From NCBI GenBank assembly GCA_963736925.1, contig CAVTQP010000001.1, positions 243,297-307,296 of the forward strand: DNA of 64,000 nt. The letters run 5' to 3'. Under the pieces are notes generated by a model that saw nothing but the letters and a program-made list of their open reading frames with translations, did not search any database and had not been told where the DNA came from. Below, piece after piece: positions 39,031-48,115 of the stretch; position 1 is the first letter of the stretch, and each line of letters opens with the position of its first letter. Position numbers and translations under genes: made by a program. Source of the DNA: an uncultured Actinomycetes bacterium (GTDB lineage Bacteria; Actinomycetota; Acidimicrobiia; Acidimicrobiales; CAVTQP01).

Positions 39031-39501
39031 GTGGTCGTCGAGATCCCAAAAGGCTCGCGCAACAAATACGAGCTGGACCATGTCACCGGTCACGTGTGGC
39101 TCGACCGCATGCTGTTCACCTCGACCCAGTACCCAACCGATTACGGGTTCATCACGGAAACCCTTGCCGAGGACGGCGATCCCCTTGACGCCCTCATTCT
39201 GCTCGACGAGCCGACGTTTCCCGGATGCCACGTCCGGGCCCGGCCGGTGGCGGCCTTTCGGATGCAGGACGAGGCCGGTGAGGATGCCAAGGTCCTCTGC
39301 GTCCCTTCGACTGATCCACGGCTCGGGGATGTAAAGGATGTCGCCGATGTGCCGACCTATGTTCTCAGTGAGATCACGCACTTCTTCGACGTCTACAAGG
39401 AGCTCGAGCCCGGGAAAGGGACGCGTGTGGGTGAATGGGCAGGTCGAGAGGGGGCCTGGGCCCTGATCGAGAAGGCCCAGCACCACTACCGGCCCCACTA
39501 G
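39031..39501 (+). CDS. ppa: Inorganic pyrophosphatase (family I)
   Basis: VVEIPKGSRNKYELD, YPTDYGFI, DGDPLDALIL, KVLCVP. The GTG start gives an unusually short N-terminus. Confidence 0.9.
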   Translation: MVVEIPKGSRNKYELDHVTGHVWLDRMLFTSTQYPTDYGFITETLAEDGDPLDALILLDEPTFPGCHVRARPVAAFRMQDEAGEDAKVLCVPSTDPRLGDVKDVADVPTYVLSEITHFFDVYKELEPGKGTRVGEWAGREGAWALIEKAQHHYRPH

Positions 39502-39602
39502 CTGGAGTTTCAGATCCGGGTTGGCCGGGTACCAATAACCCGGGCATTCATCGTCTAGTCGTTCATGGCTGCGAGGGCGCCAAAGAGGAGTTGAGTCGCA
39601 AA

Positions 39603-40346
39603 ATGGCGGATGCGATGCGTACACCGAGCAATCCCGGAGAAGAGAGGCATGTGTCCGGGCCCTCCGAGGGCGAGACTCAGGAGGTACCTGTCGAGTCGCC
39701 CCCCAGTCGCGTCCCTGGACAGGGGACGGGGAGGAGGGGTTCCGGGCGGCCTGTCTCTGCATGGCCTACGGGGGGCGCGGTGGCCACGGATCCCGGCGTC
39801 GGAGCCCCGGTCGTGAGGGGTCCGGCAATAAGGCTGGGGACGCTCGGGCTGTTGACCCTGATCCTCGGAGCGTGGGGCGGGATCATCGCCTACGTCGGAC
39901 CGACCTTCGGATACGGGGTGAACGGGTCGGGCTCGTGGCATTGGAGCCTGCAGCACACCTTGCTCTACCTGGTCCCGGGCGCAGCCGGGGTCATGGCTGG
40001 CGCGGCGATGGTGCTGACCGCACCGAGAGCCTATGTGGGACGCGGGCGGACGATCGTGGCTACGGCCGGCTTGCTTGCGGTGCTCGCCGGGGCTTGGTTC
40101 GTGGTGGGGCCGATCGCGTGGCCCATCTTCCACAGCGGTAGCCCGGTCTTCCTTCCTGCCTCCCCGAAGCGAAACTTCGCCAACCAGGTCGGTTACAACC
40201 TCGGTCCCGGGCTCCTCCTGGTCTTCTTCGGTGCGATGGCCGTCGGGCTGACCGGCCTCTACAGGAAGGTCCGTGCCAGGGGCCGTCCGATGTCGGGCGG
40301 GACAGGCGAGGCGCCCGAGGCCGCCTCCGCTCGCGGTTTCAGCTAG
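39603..40346 (+). CDS. Hypothetical integral membrane protein
   Basis: Disordered N-terminus followed by four hydrophobic helices (LGLLTLILGAWGGIIAYVG, LLYLVPGAAGVMAGAAMVL, ATAGLLAVLAGAWFVVGPI, LLLVFFGAMAVGLTGL). No family was recognised. Confidence 0.6.
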   Translation: MADAMRTPSNPGEERHVSGPSEGETQEVPVESPPSRVPGQGTGRRGSGRPVSAWPTGGAVATDPGVGAPVVRGPAIRLGTLGLLTLILGAWGGIIAYVGPTFGYGVNGSGSWHWSLQHTLLYLVPGAAGVMAGAAMVLTAPRAYVGRGRTIVATAGLLAVLAGAWFVVGPIAWPIFHSGSPVFLPASPKRNFANQVGYNLGPGLLLVFFGAMAVGLTGLYRKVRARGRPMSGGTGEAPEAASARGFS

Positions 40347-40490
40347 GGAGCTTCACCCGAAACGCAGGGAGCTTCAGCCGAAATAGGGCGGCTCTTTTCC
40401 TTTCATCCGAACGCCGGGCGCTCAAGTCGGACCCCCGTGAATCTGCTCTCGGCTTGAGCTAGGTAGCTCGCGGGAACCGCCCGGCGGAGG

Positions 40491-40533
40491 CCACAAAAAG
40501 GGGCAATCCCGGTAGCGGGCCACCGGGATTGCC
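40491..40533 (-). terminator. Intrinsic terminator oriented on the minus strand
   Basis: Perfect 12-bp stem GGCAATCCCGGT/ACCGGGATTGCC with an 8-nt loop. On the minus strand it is followed by CCTTTTTGTGG. No annotated minus-strand gene lies upstream of it. Confidence 0.55.
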
Positions 40534-40772
40534 TAGCCCTAGTGTCACTCCATGACAAGAGCTGTTGGGAGTGTACCCCGTCCCCGAAGCGGTCCAAACG
40601 CCCTGTGGGTCGTCGAGCCGAACGGACGTGTCCGGAAATAGGTCCGGAAGCATGCCGGTAGATTCCACCCGAAGACCTTGTGGCTCCTAAGCTGACCGGG
40701 AACCTCTCTGCGCCCGTTTCGCTCGACACGGCAGCGAGACATGGGCCTCGATCATTTGGAGCACTCATCAAG

Positions 40773-41756
40773 ATGACCCCTGAGACTGGCCGTGCTGTGG
40801 AGGTCGAGCGCCTAGTCAAGACATTCGGGGATACGGTCAAGGCCCTCGACGGGCTCAGCTTCGCAGTGGAGTCCGGGACGATCTTCGGGCTTCTCGGGCC
40901 CAACGGGGCCGGCAAGACCACCGCCATCCGCATCCTCACCACGATCCTCACCCCGGATGCCGGCACGGCCCGAGTCCTGGATCACGACGTCACCACCGAA
41001 CCCGATGTGGTCCGGGCGAGCATCGGGCTGGCCGGCCAGTACGCGGCGGTCGACGAGAACCTGACGGGCCGGGAGAACCTCCGACTAATAGGACAGCTCT
41101 GCCATCTTCCCCGTCGGCTCTCCTCCTCACGTGCGGGGGATCTACTCGAACGGTTCGACCTGGCCGACGCGGCCGGCCGTCCCGTGAAGACCTATTCGGG
41201 CGGGATGCGCCGGCGCTTGGATGTAGCGGCGGCGTTGGTGGACAAGCCGAGTGTCCTGTTCCTGGACGAGCCCACCACCGGGCTCGACCCCCACAGCAGG
41301 ACCGAGCTGTGGCGGGTCATCGAGGAGCTGGTGGGAGAAGGGACCACCGTGCTCTTGACCACTCAATATCTCGAGGAGGTCGACAGGCTCGCCGAGAGAC
41401 TCGTCGTAGTGGACCACGGCGTCGCGATAGCCGAAGGTACGCCGGCCCAGCTGAAGGCCGAGCTCGGTGCCACCGTGCTCGACGTCGGCATGGGGGACGA
41501 CGACGCGGTGCGCGAGGCAATGCGGCTGCTCAGCTCCGTGTGGCCGAAGCCGCCCGTCTCGGAGGGTAGGACCATTGAACTGAGCGTCGACGAAGGCCCG
41601 CGGATGGTAGGCGAGGCCCTTCGCATACTCGAGGACCACGGGCTGGCCCCGTCTTCCCTAGCCCTTCGAGATCCCAGCCTTGACGACGTCTTCCTGGCCC
41701 TCACCGGGCACCGCACGGCCGCGGACGATGACACTGGGAAGGAACCCGTGAAATGA
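40773..41756 (+). CDS. ABC transporter ATP-binding protein (DrrA-like)
   Basis: Walker A (GPNGAGKTT), signature (YSGGMRRR), Walker B (VLFLDEPT) and a C-terminal regulatory domain. The start was trimmed to MTPETGRAVEV. Confidence 0.88.
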   Translation: MTPETGRAVEVERLVKTFGDTVKALDGLSFAVESGTIFGLLGPNGAGKTTAIRILTTILTPDAGTARVLDHDVTTEPDVVRASIGLAGQYAAVDENLTGRENLRLIGQLCHLPRRLSSSRAGDLLERFDLADAAGRPVKTYSGGMRRRLDVAAALVDKPSVLFLDEPTTGLDPHSRTELWRVIEELVGEGTTVLLTTQYLEEVDRLAERLVVVDHGVAIAEGTPAQLKAELGATVLDVGMGDDDAVREAMRLLSSVWPKPPVSEGRTIELSVDEGPRMVGEALRILEDHGLAPSSLALRDPSLDDVFLALTGHRTAADDDTGKEPVK

Positions 41757-42571
41757 CGACCGCTGCTCTCGCACCGTCTCTCCGATCCCGGAGGCGAATA
41801 TCCAGGAGCCGAATGAGGTGGGCCTTGTGGGACGGTCTCGCCGTGACAGAGCGCAACCTCATCGCGTACACACGTATTCCGGAGGCTCTGTTCTTCTCCA
41901 CAATCCAGCCGGTGATGTTCGTGCTGCTGTTCCGGTACGTGTTCGGAGGGGCCATCCACGTTCCCGGTGTCGACTACGTCAACTACCTGATGCCGGGAAT
42001 ATTCGTCCAAACCGTGGCATTCGGGTCGGTCAGCACCAGCGTCGGTCTGGCTGAGGACCTGCAAAAGGGGCTGATCGAGCGCTTTCGCTCGCTACCCATG
42101 GCACGTTCGGCCGTCCTCGCCGGCCGCACGACCGCAGACCTTTGCCGAAACGTGCTTGTAGTGGTCATCATCACAGGTGTCGGCTATGCGGTGGGATTCA
42201 GGATCCAGACGAACGGCCTTGCCTTCCTTGCCGGTATAGGCCTGCTGCTGTTGTTCGCCTACACGCTCTCTTGGGGGTTCGCGTTCGTGGGCTTGGCAGC
42301 CCCCAACAGCGAGACGGCTCAGGTCATGGCGTTTCCGGTGTTGTTTCCCCTCATCTTTGCCTCTTCTTCGTTCGTGCCGGTGACAACCATGCCGGGCTGG
42401 CTGCAGGCGTTCGCCAACCACCAGCCGGTCAGCGCCGTCGTCAACGCCTCGAGGGACCTCATGCTCGGCGGCCCCACCGCGACGAATGTGCTCCAGGCCT
42501 TGGCCTGGTGCCTCGGCTTGTCCGTGGTGCTGGCACCTCTCGCGGTCTGGCGTTACCGGACCAGGGTGTAG
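41753..42571 (+). CDS. ABC-2 type transporter permease (DrrB-like)
   Basis: ATGA overlap with the ATPase gene. Six TM segments, ABC-2 pattern. Confidence 0.85.
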   Translation: MTTAALAPSLRSRRRISRSRMRWALWDGLAVTERNLIAYTRIPEALFFSTIQPVMFVLLFRYVFGGAIHVPGVDYVNYLMPGIFVQTVAFGSVSTSVGLAEDLQKGLIERFRSLPMARSAVLAGRTTADLCRNVLVVVIITGVGYAVGFRIQTNGLAFLAGIGLLLLFAYTLSWGFAFVGLAAPNSETAQVMAFPVLFPLIFASSSFVPVTTMPGWLQAFANHQPVSAVVNASRDLMLGGPTATNVLQALAWCLGLSVVLAPLAVWRYRTRV

Positions 42572-42579
42572 GGTCCGGC

Positions 42580-44496
42580 GTGCCCACGCAGACCTCGCAC
42601 CCGCTCGAGGCCCTGTCCGGCGAAGAGATCACCAAAGCGGTGGCCATCTTGCGCTCCGACAGCCGAGTGCCCCCGGAGGCGCGTCTGGCACACGTGGTTC
42701 TGGCAGAGCCCACAAAGGACGAGCTGGAAGAGCTGGCCGAGGCGGCGAGCGCCGAGCGCCGGGTCCGGATCCAGGTCGTGCCGGGTCCCGAAACCGAGCT
42801 GATCGAGACGGTGGTGTCGCTCGGCTCAGGGGAGGTGGAGTCGTTCGAGAAGGTGGAGGGTGTGCGTCCGGCGTTGCTTTTCGAGGAGAGCCTCAACGCG
42901 ATCATCGCCGTCCAGAACCACCCGGGTTGGCAAGAGGCGATACGCCGGCGAGGGATTACGGACTTCGACAAGGTCCAGATCGACCCCTGGCCTCCTGGAA
43001 GCTTCGGTCAGCATTTCGAAGAGGGTCGTCGGCTGAGCCGCTGCATCGCCTACCTGAGAGATGCACCCACCGACAATGGCTATGCACGGCCGATCGAAGG
43101 GGTGATCGCCATCGTCGACCTGGGGCGAGGTGAGGTCGTAGAGGTGCAGGACTTCGGTGTCGTGGCGGTACCGAGTGACAGGGGCGGGTACCTGGCGACC
43201 GAAACGGCAAGATTTCGTCAAGATCTGAAGCCCATAGACATAAGCCAGTCGCAGGGACCCAGCTGGAAGGTCGACGGCAACCTGGTGCGATGGCAGCGCT
43301 GGTCGATGAGGGTGAGCTTGGACCCGCACGAGGGGCTGGTGCTGCATACCGTGGGCTACGAAGACAAGGGTCGTGTGCGTCCGATCCTGCACCGGATGTC
43401 TGTGAGCGAGATGGTCGTCCCGTACGGCCATCCCGGCCCGATGCACGGTTGGAAGAACGCCTTTGACGCCGGGGAGTGGGGGCTGGGACGCATGACGCAA
43501 CCGCTGAGCCTCGGTTGCGACTGCCTCGGATTGGTTCATTACTTCGACGGTGTTCTCGCGACCGAGAACGGTGACCCTTCCATCGTCGAGAACGCCATCT
43601 GCATGCACGAGGAGGACTACGGCATCGGATGGAAGCACGTGGACCTTCACAGCGGCACCAGTGAGGTGCGCAGATCCCGCCGCCTGGTGGTGAGCTCGAT
43701 TGCCACCGTCGGCAACTACGAGTACGGCTTCTTTTGGTACTTCTACCTGGACGGAACCATACAGCTCGAGGTGAAGCTGACCGGCGTGGTTTCTTCTATG
43801 GCGGTGGAGGCCGGTCATCCCTTGAATCATGCGAGCATGCTGGCTCCCCAGCTCGCCGCGCCCCATCATCAGCACCTGTTCAACGTCCGGTTGGACTTTG
43901 ACGTGGACGGGCGCCGGAACTCGGTCTACGAGGTCGACGTAGAGCCGGCCAGGCCCGGTCCCGACAATCCTCTCGGGAACGCCTTCGAGGCCAGGTCGAC
44001 GCTGCTGGAGACCGAAGACGTTGCCAAGAGGGTTGTGAACCCTGAAACCAGCCGGGTGTGGAAGGTCGTGAACCCCGACGTGCTCAACGCGGTAGGTGAG
44101 CCCGTCGGTTACAAGCTGGTCCCCGGCTCCACACCCACGCTCCTCGCTCATCCCGAGTCGAGCGTGGGGAGGCGCGCAACCTTTGCCACAAAGAACCTTT
44201 GGGTGACTCCGTACTCACCGGGCGAACGCCACGCGGCGGGGGAGTATCCCAACCAGAGCGAAGGCGGGGCCGGACTGCCCGAATGGACGAGAGCGGACCG
44301 GCGCCTGGTCAACACCGACGTGGTCGTCTGGTACTCGTTCGGAGTCACCCACATAGTTCGGCCCGAGGACTGGCCGGTCATGCCCGTCGAGTACGCGGGA
44401 TTCTCGTTGGTCCCCTTCGGCTTCTTCGACAGCAACCCCGCGCTCGATGTGCCACCGACTCCATGCCACGACGGGGACGACCCGGTAAGGGGTTGA
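42580..44496 (+). CDS. Copper-containing primary amine oxidase (topaquinone enzyme)
   Basis: TPQ consensus (VGNYEYGFFWYFY) and His ligand regions (HHQHLF; VTHIVRPEDWPVMP). The start was trimmed to the GTG at 42580, after the permease stop. Confidence 0.9.
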   Translation: MPTQTSHPLEALSGEEITKAVAILRSDSRVPPEARLAHVVLAEPTKDELEELAEAASAERRVRIQVVPGPETELIETVVSLGSGEVESFEKVEGVRPALLFEESLNAIIAVQNHPGWQEAIRRRGITDFDKVQIDPWPPGSFGQHFEEGRRLSRCIAYLRDAPTDNGYARPIEGVIAIVDLGRGEVVEVQDFGVVAVPSDRGGYLATETARFRQDLKPIDISQSQGPSWKVDGNLVRWQRWSMRVSLDPHEGLVLHTVGYEDKGRVRPILHRMSVSEMVVPYGHPGPMHGWKNAFDAGEWGLGRMTQPLSLGCDCLGLVHYFDGVLATENGDPSIVENAICMHEEDYGIGWKHVDLHSGTSEVRRSRRLVVSSIATVGNYEYGFFWYFYLDGTIQLEVKLTGVVSSMAVEAGHPLNHASMLAPQLAAPHHQHLFNVRLDFDVDGRRNSVYEVDVEPARPGPDNPLGNAFEARSTLLETEDVAKRVVNPETSRVWKVVNPDVLNAVGEPVGYKLVPGSTPTLLAHPESSVGRRATFATKNLWVTPYSPGERHAAGEYPNQSEGGAGLPEWTRADRRLVNTDVVVWYSFGVTHIVRPEDWPVMPVEYAGFSLVPFGFFDSNPALDVPPTPCHDGDDPVRG

Positions 44497-46523
44497 GCCC
44501 CGAAGTCGCTCCGTACGGGACATGGGCCTCCCCGGTCTCCGCGGAGCTGGTGGTGCGGGCGGGAACCGGAGTCAGCTCCCCGCTGGTAAGTGGCGAAGCC
44601 GTCTACTGGCTCGAGTCGCGGCCCTCGGAGCGGGGCCGCGTCGTGGTTGTGAAACGGGGTCCCAACCGGCGAACGGCGGACGTGACGCCGCCGGGTTGGT
44701 CTGTCAGGACTCGTGTGCACGAGTACGGAGGCGGGGCTTACCTGGTTTGGGATGACACGGTGGTGTTCTCCAACTGGGCCGATCAGCGCCTGTGGCGACA
44801 AGACGGGGGCGGCGAGCCCCTGGCGCTCACCGGCGAGCCCGGCGACCAGATGTCGGTTCGCTATGCGGACGGGCAGATGATCGCCGGAGGCGAGCAAATC
44901 GTCTGCGTGAGGGAGACCCACCGTGAGAACGCTCATCGACCACAGGTGGTCAACGAGCTGGTGCTGGTCGATACCGACGGTGGCGGCGGGGAGACAATCG
45001 TTTCGACCGGTCGCGATTTCTACGCTTCGCCACGGCCCAATCCTGTCGGCCCGATGCTGGCATGGATCTCGTGGGACCACCCCAACATGCCTTGGGATGC
45101 CACCGAGCTGTGGCTGGCCCCGCTAGGCGCCGCTGGGTTGGAAGCCGAGCCGCGGAGGGTGGCGGGAGGCGCGGGAGAGTCGATTTTGCAGCCCTTATGG
45201 GGCTCGGACGGCGAGCTCTGGTACGTCTCGGACCGCACCGGATGGTGGAACCTCTACCGCCTTGAGGCCCGAGACGTCCGAACCGGGGCCGCCGGGGAGA
45301 ACGTGCTCCCCATGGAAGCCGAGTTCGCCGGACCGCTCTGGTCGCTGGGTCAGTCGTGGGCAGCCCCGATGGCCGGCGGCCGGCTGATGTGCTCGTGGAG
45401 GTCGTCGGGGGCGGACCAACTGGGCACGCTCGACCCCTCCACCGGGAAGCTCCAGCCGATCGAGCTGCCCTACACGACGATCGAGTCGGTTGCCGGGTCC
45501 GGCTCGCGAGCGGTGATCCTCGCATCCTCAGCTACTTCCAACCGCTGTGTCGTGGCCGTCGACATCGACGGTGGCGGTCCAGAGGGTCCTCACTCCAAGA
45601 TCACGGTTGTCAGGGAGCCGGAGGACCCGGGACTCGACGAGGGTTCCATATCCCTCGCAGTCCCGATCGAGTTCCGAAGCGGGGGCCAAGACACGGCCGA
45701 CCAGAGCCGCGACGGCGCGCACGCCCTCTTCTACCGTCCTTCGAATGCCCGCTACATCGGCCCCGATGACCGGTTGCCCCCCTTGCTGGTGAGCTGTCAC
45801 GGCGGTCCGACCGGCGCGGCGAGGTCCGGCCTCAGCCTGGCGCTGCAGTACTGGACGACCAGAGGCTTTGCCGTCGTTGACGTGGACTACGGCGGCAGCA
45901 CCGGTTACGGGCGGGCCTACCGAGAGCGCTTGGCGGGCAGGTGGGGACGCGTCGACGTCGAGGACTGCATCGCCGCCGCAGCGCACCTGGTCTCGGCCGG
46001 AGAGGTCGACATTGCCAGGCTGGCGGTGCGAGGCGCCAGCTCGGGTGGCTTCACGGCGCTGTCGGTCCTCGCGAGCACGGATATCTTCGCCGCGGGCGCC
46101 ATCCACTATGGCGTCGCCGACCTGGAAGCCCTCGCGAGGGAGACCCACAAGTTCGAATCTCATTACACCGAGCGCCTGGTCGGCCCGTATCCCGAGGCGA
46201 GACAGACGTACATCGATCGCTCGCCTGTCAGACGGGCCGGACGGATCTCGTGTCCTGTGATCCTTTTCCAGGGGCTGGAGGACGAGGTGGTGCCGCCCGC
46301 ACAGGCCGAGGCCATGGTCGACTCACTTCGACGCCGGGGGGTTCGGGTGGTCTATGTGGCCTTTGAGGGAGAGCAGCACGGCTTTCGCATGGCTGAGACC
46401 ATCGTCAGGACTCTCGAGGCCGAGCTCGGCTTCTATGGAGAGGTCATGGGTTTCGAGCCGAGCGACGAGCTCCCCCCTACGCGATTCGAGACACCCCTTA
46501 CGCAGGATCCCGCGGGGGGTTGA
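44493..46523 (+). CDS. S9 family serine peptidase (prolyl oligopeptidase / acylaminoacyl-peptidase-like)
   Basis: N-terminal beta-propeller-like region followed by an alpha/beta hydrolase domain with GxSxGG (RGASSGGF) and C-terminal Asp/His regions. The TTG start overlaps the oxidase stop (TTGA). Confidence 0.85.
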   Translation: MSPEVAPYGTWASPVSAELVVRAGTGVSSPLVSGEAVYWLESRPSERGRVVVVKRGPNRRTADVTPPGWSVRTRVHEYGGGAYLVWDDTVVFSNWADQRLWRQDGGGEPLALTGEPGDQMSVRYADGQMIAGGEQIVCVRETHRENAHRPQVVNELVLVDTDGGGGETIVSTGRDFYASPRPNPVGPMLAWISWDHPNMPWDATELWLAPLGAAGLEAEPRRVAGGAGESILQPLWGSDGELWYVSDRTGWWNLYRLEARDVRTGAAGENVLPMEAEFAGPLWSLGQSWAAPMAGGRLMCSWRSSGADQLGTLDPSTGKLQPIELPYTTIESVAGSGSRAVILASSATSNRCVVAVDIDGGGPEGPHSKITVVREPEDPGLDEGSISLAVPIEFRSGGQDTADQSRDGAHALFYRPSNARYIGPDDRLPPLLVSCHGGPTGAARSGLSLALQYWTTRGFAVVDVDYGGSTGYGRAYRERLAGRWGRVDVEDCIAAAAHLVSAGEVDIARLAVRGASSGGFTALSVLASTDIFAAGAIHYGVADLEALARETHKFESHYTERLVGPYPEARQTYIDRSPVRRAGRISCPVILFQGLEDEVVPPAQAEAMVDSLRRRGVRVVYVAFEGEQHGFRMAETIVRTLEAELGFYGEVMGFEPSDELPPTRFETPLTQDPAGG

Positions 46524-46588
46524 GGGCAGTGCCTCTCGCCACCACAAGGACCCGCCCCGTGCCGGCCTCACAGCTAGCGTCGGCACCG

Positions 46589-47590
46589 ATGGCCAGGTTC
46601 GGTCGGCGCAGGCGCCGGCGGGTCTGGCCGGCGATCGTGGTCGTGGTACTGGTCCTGCTGGCAGGGGCGGGCGTTCTGGTAGCGAGAGACGCCAAGCCCT
46701 CCCCGGAGAGCATTCGCCTGGCCCAGGCGAGCTGGCTAGACCTACTGAGGCCGTTCGTTGAGCAGTCCAACCAGTCGGCCGCGTTGCTGGATACCCTGCG
46801 CCACAAGCCTGGGGACGTCGGTCTCGTCGGAGTTCAGCTGGACCTGAGTCAGCTCGTGACAGGGACCGCGTCGGTGGACAAATGGGTGTCCCGGTTGTCT
46901 CCGCCGACCTCCCTTGCCCGAGCCGGCCGGCTCCTGGACGCAGCCATGGCGGGTAGGGCCAGGGCAGCCGCTAACTACAAGGCGGGCATGAACCAAGTCC
47001 TCACCGGCGGTCCGCACGCGCAGTCGGTGGCCTTGCTGTGGGCCGCGGGAGAGCGGCTCGTCGTCGCCGACCAGCGCTATCGCGCCTTTCAGCACGCGAT
47101 CAGCCGTTCTCTGACCAGATCTGCTCGGTTACCGTCCTCGAAATGGATCAAGGACACCAAGGACTGGTCACTGGATGCCCTTGGCAGCTATGTGGACGCC
47201 GTCTCCGGGGACTCCAACCTGGCGACAAACCACGACGTGTCCATTCTCACGGTGTCGATGGACCCTCCTCCCGTGACCATCGGCAATGGAGTGGTGACGC
47301 TCGCCAGCACCCATAGCCTCATGCTCAGCCCGATCCTCCAGAACAAGGGCAATCAGATCGAAAGGGACATCTCGCTGGTCGCCACCTTGAGGTCCACCTC
47401 GAGCGGAGCAATGCAAGCGGTGCGCTCGACGGCCAACCTCTATTTCGGTCAACACATGGCCGTTTCGATGCCGCGGTTGTCGCTCACCCCCGGGTCGACC
47501 TACTCACTCGCGATCACCGCGAGTGTGGTTCCGGGCGAGATGTCCACCGGGGACAACCAGCAGTCGTTCACGGTTGCCGTCGGGAGCTGA
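46589..47590 (+). CDS. Hypothetical membrane-anchored extracytoplasmic protein
   Basis: RRRRRR followed by a TM (VWPAIVVVVLVLLAGAGVLVA), a helical region, and a beta-rich C-terminal domain. No family was recognised. An alternative upstream TTG lies at 46520. Confidence 0.55.
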   Translation: MARFGRRRRRRVWPAIVVVVLVLLAGAGVLVARDAKPSPESIRLAQASWLDLLRPFVEQSNQSAALLDTLRHKPGDVGLVGVQLDLSQLVTGTASVDKWVSRLSPPTSLARAGRLLDAAMAGRARAAANYKAGMNQVLTGGPHAQSVALLWAAGERLVVADQRYRAFQHAISRSLTRSARLPSSKWIKDTKDWSLDALGSYVDAVSGDSNLATNHDVSILTVSMDPPPVTIGNGVVTLASTHSLMLSPILQNKGNQIERDISLVATLRSTSSGAMQAVRSTANLYFGQHMAVSMPRLSLTPGSTYSLAITASVVPGEMSTGDNQQSFTVAVGS

Positions 47591-47596
47591 GCCCTC

Positions 47597-48115
47597 CTAG
47601 CTGGCCGTTCCGGGACCGCCGGGACCGCCGGGGTCGCCCGGGTCGCCGCGCCAGCCGGGACCACCGGGACCACCGGATTCGTCATGTGTCGGACCGTCGT
47701 CGGCGTCGGCAGAGCCGCCGGTCCGGCGTCGCCACTTGGACTCGGCGATCCGGAGAACCTCCCGCAACGGAAGCCCGGTTCGCCGCGCGGCCCGTACGGC
47801 GTCGTCATGTTCTGCCTTCACCCTGCCCGGGCTCACCTTCACCCTCACCGGCATGCCTTCCACCTGCACCTCTTCCAGCGCGCGCGAGGCCGGCCACCTC
47901 TCCAAAATCTGACCGCGTGCACCGAGCGATCCCGTCTCCGACCGGAGTATCTCGACGAGGGCCGGAGCAAGGGCGGGATCGGCCAGGGCGCTGACCACCT
48001 GACCGGGCCGCCCCTTCTTCATCAGCACTGGCGTCACCCAGGCGTCGAGGGCTCCGGATTCCATGAGGGTCGAGATCGTGTCGCGCGAGCACCTCACCGG
48101 TGGCGTCGTCCACAT
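47597..48115 (-). CDS. larC: LarC C-terminal ORF (in the +1 frame relative to the N-terminal ORF)
   Basis: Contains the conserved LarC C-terminal domain (DTISTLMESGALDAWVTPVLMKKGRPGQVVSAL...VKVSPGRVKAEHDD), followed by a Gly/Pro-rich tail. Confidence 0.8.
   Translation of the reverse strand: MWTTPPVRCSRDTISTLMESGALDAWVTPVLMKKGRPGQVVSALADPALAPALVEILRSETGSLGARGQILERWPASRALEEVQVEGMPVRVKVSPGRVKAEHDDAVRAARRTGLPLREVLRIAESKWRRRTGGSADADDGPTHDESGGPGGPGWRGDPGDPGGPGGPGTAS

Noticed and set aside
40630-40665. SRP (4.5S) RNA-like motif AGGTCCGGAAGCATGCC on the plus strand.
   Set aside because: It lacks the conserved GGAAGCAGC 3' half of the helix 8 symmetric loop. The GGAA tetraloop would not be closed by proper pairs, and no long 5'/3' pairing helix is found.
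47597-47700. GGACC/GGGTC-rich microsatellite-like stretch at the 3' end of larC.
   Set aside because: It is in frame and encodes a Gly/Pro-rich C-terminal tail (GGPGGPGWRGDPGDPGGPGGPG). This is low-complexity coding sequence rather than a distinct element.
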